This document shows positions 42,287 to 43,753 of a DNA stretch of 43,753 bases, piece by piece. Source of the stretch: a virus. The stretch's first letter is position 1; each line of letters opens with the position of its first letter. A model generated the notes under the pieces. The model had not been told where the DNA came from, searched no databases, and was given only the letters and a program-made list of their open reading frames with translations. The stretch lies in the IMG/VR virus record IMGVR_UViG_3300045988_081405; one strand, 5' to 3'. Made by a program: the position numbers and the translations under genes.

Positions 42287-42318
42287 GAAATAACCTCCGC
42301 TTTACTAATATAGATATA

Positions 42319-42657
42319 TTATACACGTTCGATAGTAAAGCCACTAGCACCAGCACGCTTCATAATCGTTTCTACATTCTTTATAGTACATAATTTATTA
42401 GGCTTAAATTTTGCAGTCTTATCTCCAAACAATACATGATACCCTTGTTTTAACGATATTACTGCTCTTTTAATACGAGCGGTAAAAGCTGTATCATCTC
42501 CATTATCCCAGTCTAATATATCTCCTATATCGCCTGCATCATGCACCGTGTAATAATCACAATATTCATATGATGCAATATAAAGTAGCTTGTTTAAATT
42601 TTCAGCTTCTATATATTTGTTATTTTCTCCGCTAATTTTCAATACATATCTAGCCAT
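42319..42657 (-). CDS. Hypothetical protein
   Basis: 112-aa ORF whose start overlaps the upstream stop (TAATG). Confidence 0.5.
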   Translation of the reverse strand: MARYVLKISGENNKYIEAENLNKLLYIASYEYCDYYTVHDAGDIGDILDWDNGDDTAFTARIKRAVISLKQGYHVLFGDKTAKFKPNKLCTIKNVETIMKRAGASGFTIERV

Positions 42658-42977
42658 TATGCCACCTCGATTTTATAATTCAACATTAAATCATCTATCA
42701 ATCTAATTACACTCTCTTCGTTGTATTCCACAGGATCAACAACTGGCTCGGCTATCCAATCTGCAGTCCATACATAATCAACGTTATCAGGCCATACAAA
42801 ATTAGGGAATATTTCGTCAACAGTTTCCCATTCATCCCATTGTTCTTTGGTATTTTTGCAAATGCAGTTAGAAGACTTCATTTCTTGCTCGTATATTACA
42901 TCCCAAGCCTCTGCATATGTATCAACTACCGCTCTTGTTATAGGTTTAAAACCGTTTAAATCGATTACTTTTAACAT
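42657..42977 (-). CDS. Hypothetical acidic, Trp-rich protein
   Basis: AAGGAG RBS 8 nt before the ATG at 42977; 106 aa. Confidence 0.5.
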   Translation of the reverse strand: MLKVIDLNGFKPITRAVVDTYAEAWDVIYEQEMKSSNCICKNTKEQWDEWETVDEIFPNFVWPDNVDYVWTADWIAEPVVDPVEYNEESVIRLIDDLMLNYKIEVA

Positions 42978-43032
42978 TTTATACACTCCTTTTTTTACCC
43001 TCTTACTTAATCGCAAGAGGGCTTATTATAAA

Positions 43033-43371
43033 TTACATATTTAACTCTGTATATTCTTCATCAATTACGATATATAATTGTTCGTTAAATGTATTTTGCA
43101 ATAATCTCATTAATGACGCACTTTCTTCTTTTGTTAGATTTCCGATTTGTTCTTTGACTATTTTCGTAACGCCACCCATTAACTTTGTCAAAACAACACC
43201 AACCGGCAATTCTTTTTCTATAATGCAATTGCATTTTACTTCGTTAATAAACTGGCTGTCTTTTGATGTTAATTCTCTGAGTAAACTCGCTTTTTTACCT
43301 TTTAAATTGAATTCAAATAATTTAATAGTAGTTAAAGCGATGATAATTGAAGTTTCTGTTTTGATTTTCAT
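43033..43371 (-). CDS. Hypothetical protein (first gene of the moron island)
   Basis: 112-aa ORF with an AAGGAGG RBS. Confidence 0.5.
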   Translation of the reverse strand: MKIKTETSIIIALTTIKLFEFNLKGKKASLLRELTSKDSQFINEVKCNCIIEKELPVGVVLTKLMGGVTKIVKEQIGNLTKEESASLMRLLQNTFNEQLYIVIDEEYTELNM

Positions 43372-43394
43372 TTTGTTACCTCCTTAATATGTAA

Positions 43395-43439
43395 CCTTTA
43401 TCTTGATTACATTATATAACTTATTCAAGATAAAGGCAA
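43395..43439 (-). promoter_or_regulatory. Promoter TTGCCT-N17-TATAAT bracketed by a perfect 12-bp inverted repeat (operator)
   Basis: CCTTTATCTTGA at 43395-43406 and TCAAGATAAAGG at 43425-43436. -10 at 43411-43416 and -35 at 43434-43439, both on the minus strand. Confidence 0.5.
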
Positions 43440-43469
43440 CCGGATATTTAAAAATAAACACAAAAAAAT

Positions 43470-43515
43470 AAGGCCTATCGTGTTAGCACTGATAAATACT
43501 AGCACAATAGGCCTT
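43470..43515 (-). terminator. Strong intrinsic terminator ending the late/lysis operon
   Basis: On the minus strand: AAGGCCTATTGTGCTAG, loop, CTAACACGATAGGCCTT, then ATTTTTTTGTG. Confidence 0.75.
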
Positions 43516-43617
43516 ATAATCATTTGACAATCTTTTGAAATTCAACAATCAACCAACATTTGACTGTTCCTATGTGTCCACCTTCACATAGTAAGGAGAT
43601 ACAGGATCACCTCCGAA

Positions 43618-43698
43618 TTATCTTCGTAAAGCACCAGCTAGGAAAAGAGCAGCATTACTTATCGCCCATGTATCACGTTGCCTACGTAACCTTTGTTC
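43618..43698 (-). CDS. C-terminal 26 codons plus stop of the junction-spanning +1-frame ORF (see 1-453)
   Basis: Continues ...KRTEQRLRRQRDTWAISNAALFLAGALRR-stop. Hydrophobic C-terminal segment followed by RR. Confidence 0.4.
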   Translation of the reverse strand, partial: EQRLRRQRDTWAISNAALFLAGALRR

Positions 43699-43753
43699 TG
43701 TTCGTTTATTATTCTTTAATTCCGCTTTCAACTCGTTCAATGATACGGAGGCT
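43699..43753. repeat. Terminal direct repeat, identical to 1-55
   Basis: Exact 55-bp identity with the window start. Confidence 0.97.

Larger units (their letters stand above)
1..43698. mobile_element. Complete temperate myovirus-like phage genome (circular; PBSX/Mu-like tail module)
   Basis: Full set of packaging, head, contractile tail, lysis, lysogeny and replication modules. The window ends overlap by 55 identical bases. Confidence 0.9.

Noticed and set aside
43603-43613. GGATCACCTCC, identical to the 3' end of 16S rRNA, on the plus strand
   Set aside because: It is only an 11-nt match with no flanking rRNA similarity. On the transcribed minus strand it is simply a strong SD-like GGAGGTGATCC, followed only by an ATG-TGA mini-ORF about 19 nt away. 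This is probably incidental or a local hairpin.
43516-43617. A separate o-spanin lipoprotein gene downstream of the spanin
   Set aside because: Hand translation of all three minus frames gives only ORFs shorter than 10 codons, with no lipobox. The only candidate partner is the overlapping +1 ORF, reported separately.

Overview
The window is one complete, circularly closed temperate contractile-tailed phage or excised prophage. It is 43,698 bp of unique sequence. Bases 1-55 are repeated exactly at 43699-43753, which looks like an assembler overlap. Nearly all genes are on the minus strand. Reading the minus strand from high to low coordinates the order is: cro-like early operon (39267 down); a phage-borne YadA-type trimeric autotransporter adhesin; a recombination module (PcfJ-like, Rad50/SbcC-like ATPase, RecT, MBL hydrolase); a replication module (DnaD-like organiser, DnaC-like loader, RusA); dUTPase; an ArpU/RinA-like late activator; a 7-deazaguanine DNA-modification block (ParB-like, T-fold paralogue, DpdA, QueD, QueE, FolE); TerS/TerL; portal, scaffold and capsid; a MuF protein with an extra HExxH domain; a PBSX/XkdK-V-like sheath, tube, tape-measure and baseplate module; tail fibre; and a lysis cassette. 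The plus strand carries the lysogeny module (cI-like, ImmA-like, integrase) and a second tyrosine recombinase. The host is inferred to be a low-GC diderm Firmicute (Negativicutes, Veillonella-like). The most notable system is a tyrosine-recombinase shufflon at 2053-3921. Three promoterless silent cassettes and the expressed 3' end of the tail-fibre gene are each bounded by the same 11-bp core, CCAAGGGGGAA, three direct and one inverted. This predicts four interchangeable receptor-binding tips. Other leads: a nearly fully overlapping +1-frame ORF in the spanin gene that is hidden by the contig breakpoint; a deazaguanine pathway with no QueC; two iteron-like repeat arrays; and an AT-rich moron island next to attP.
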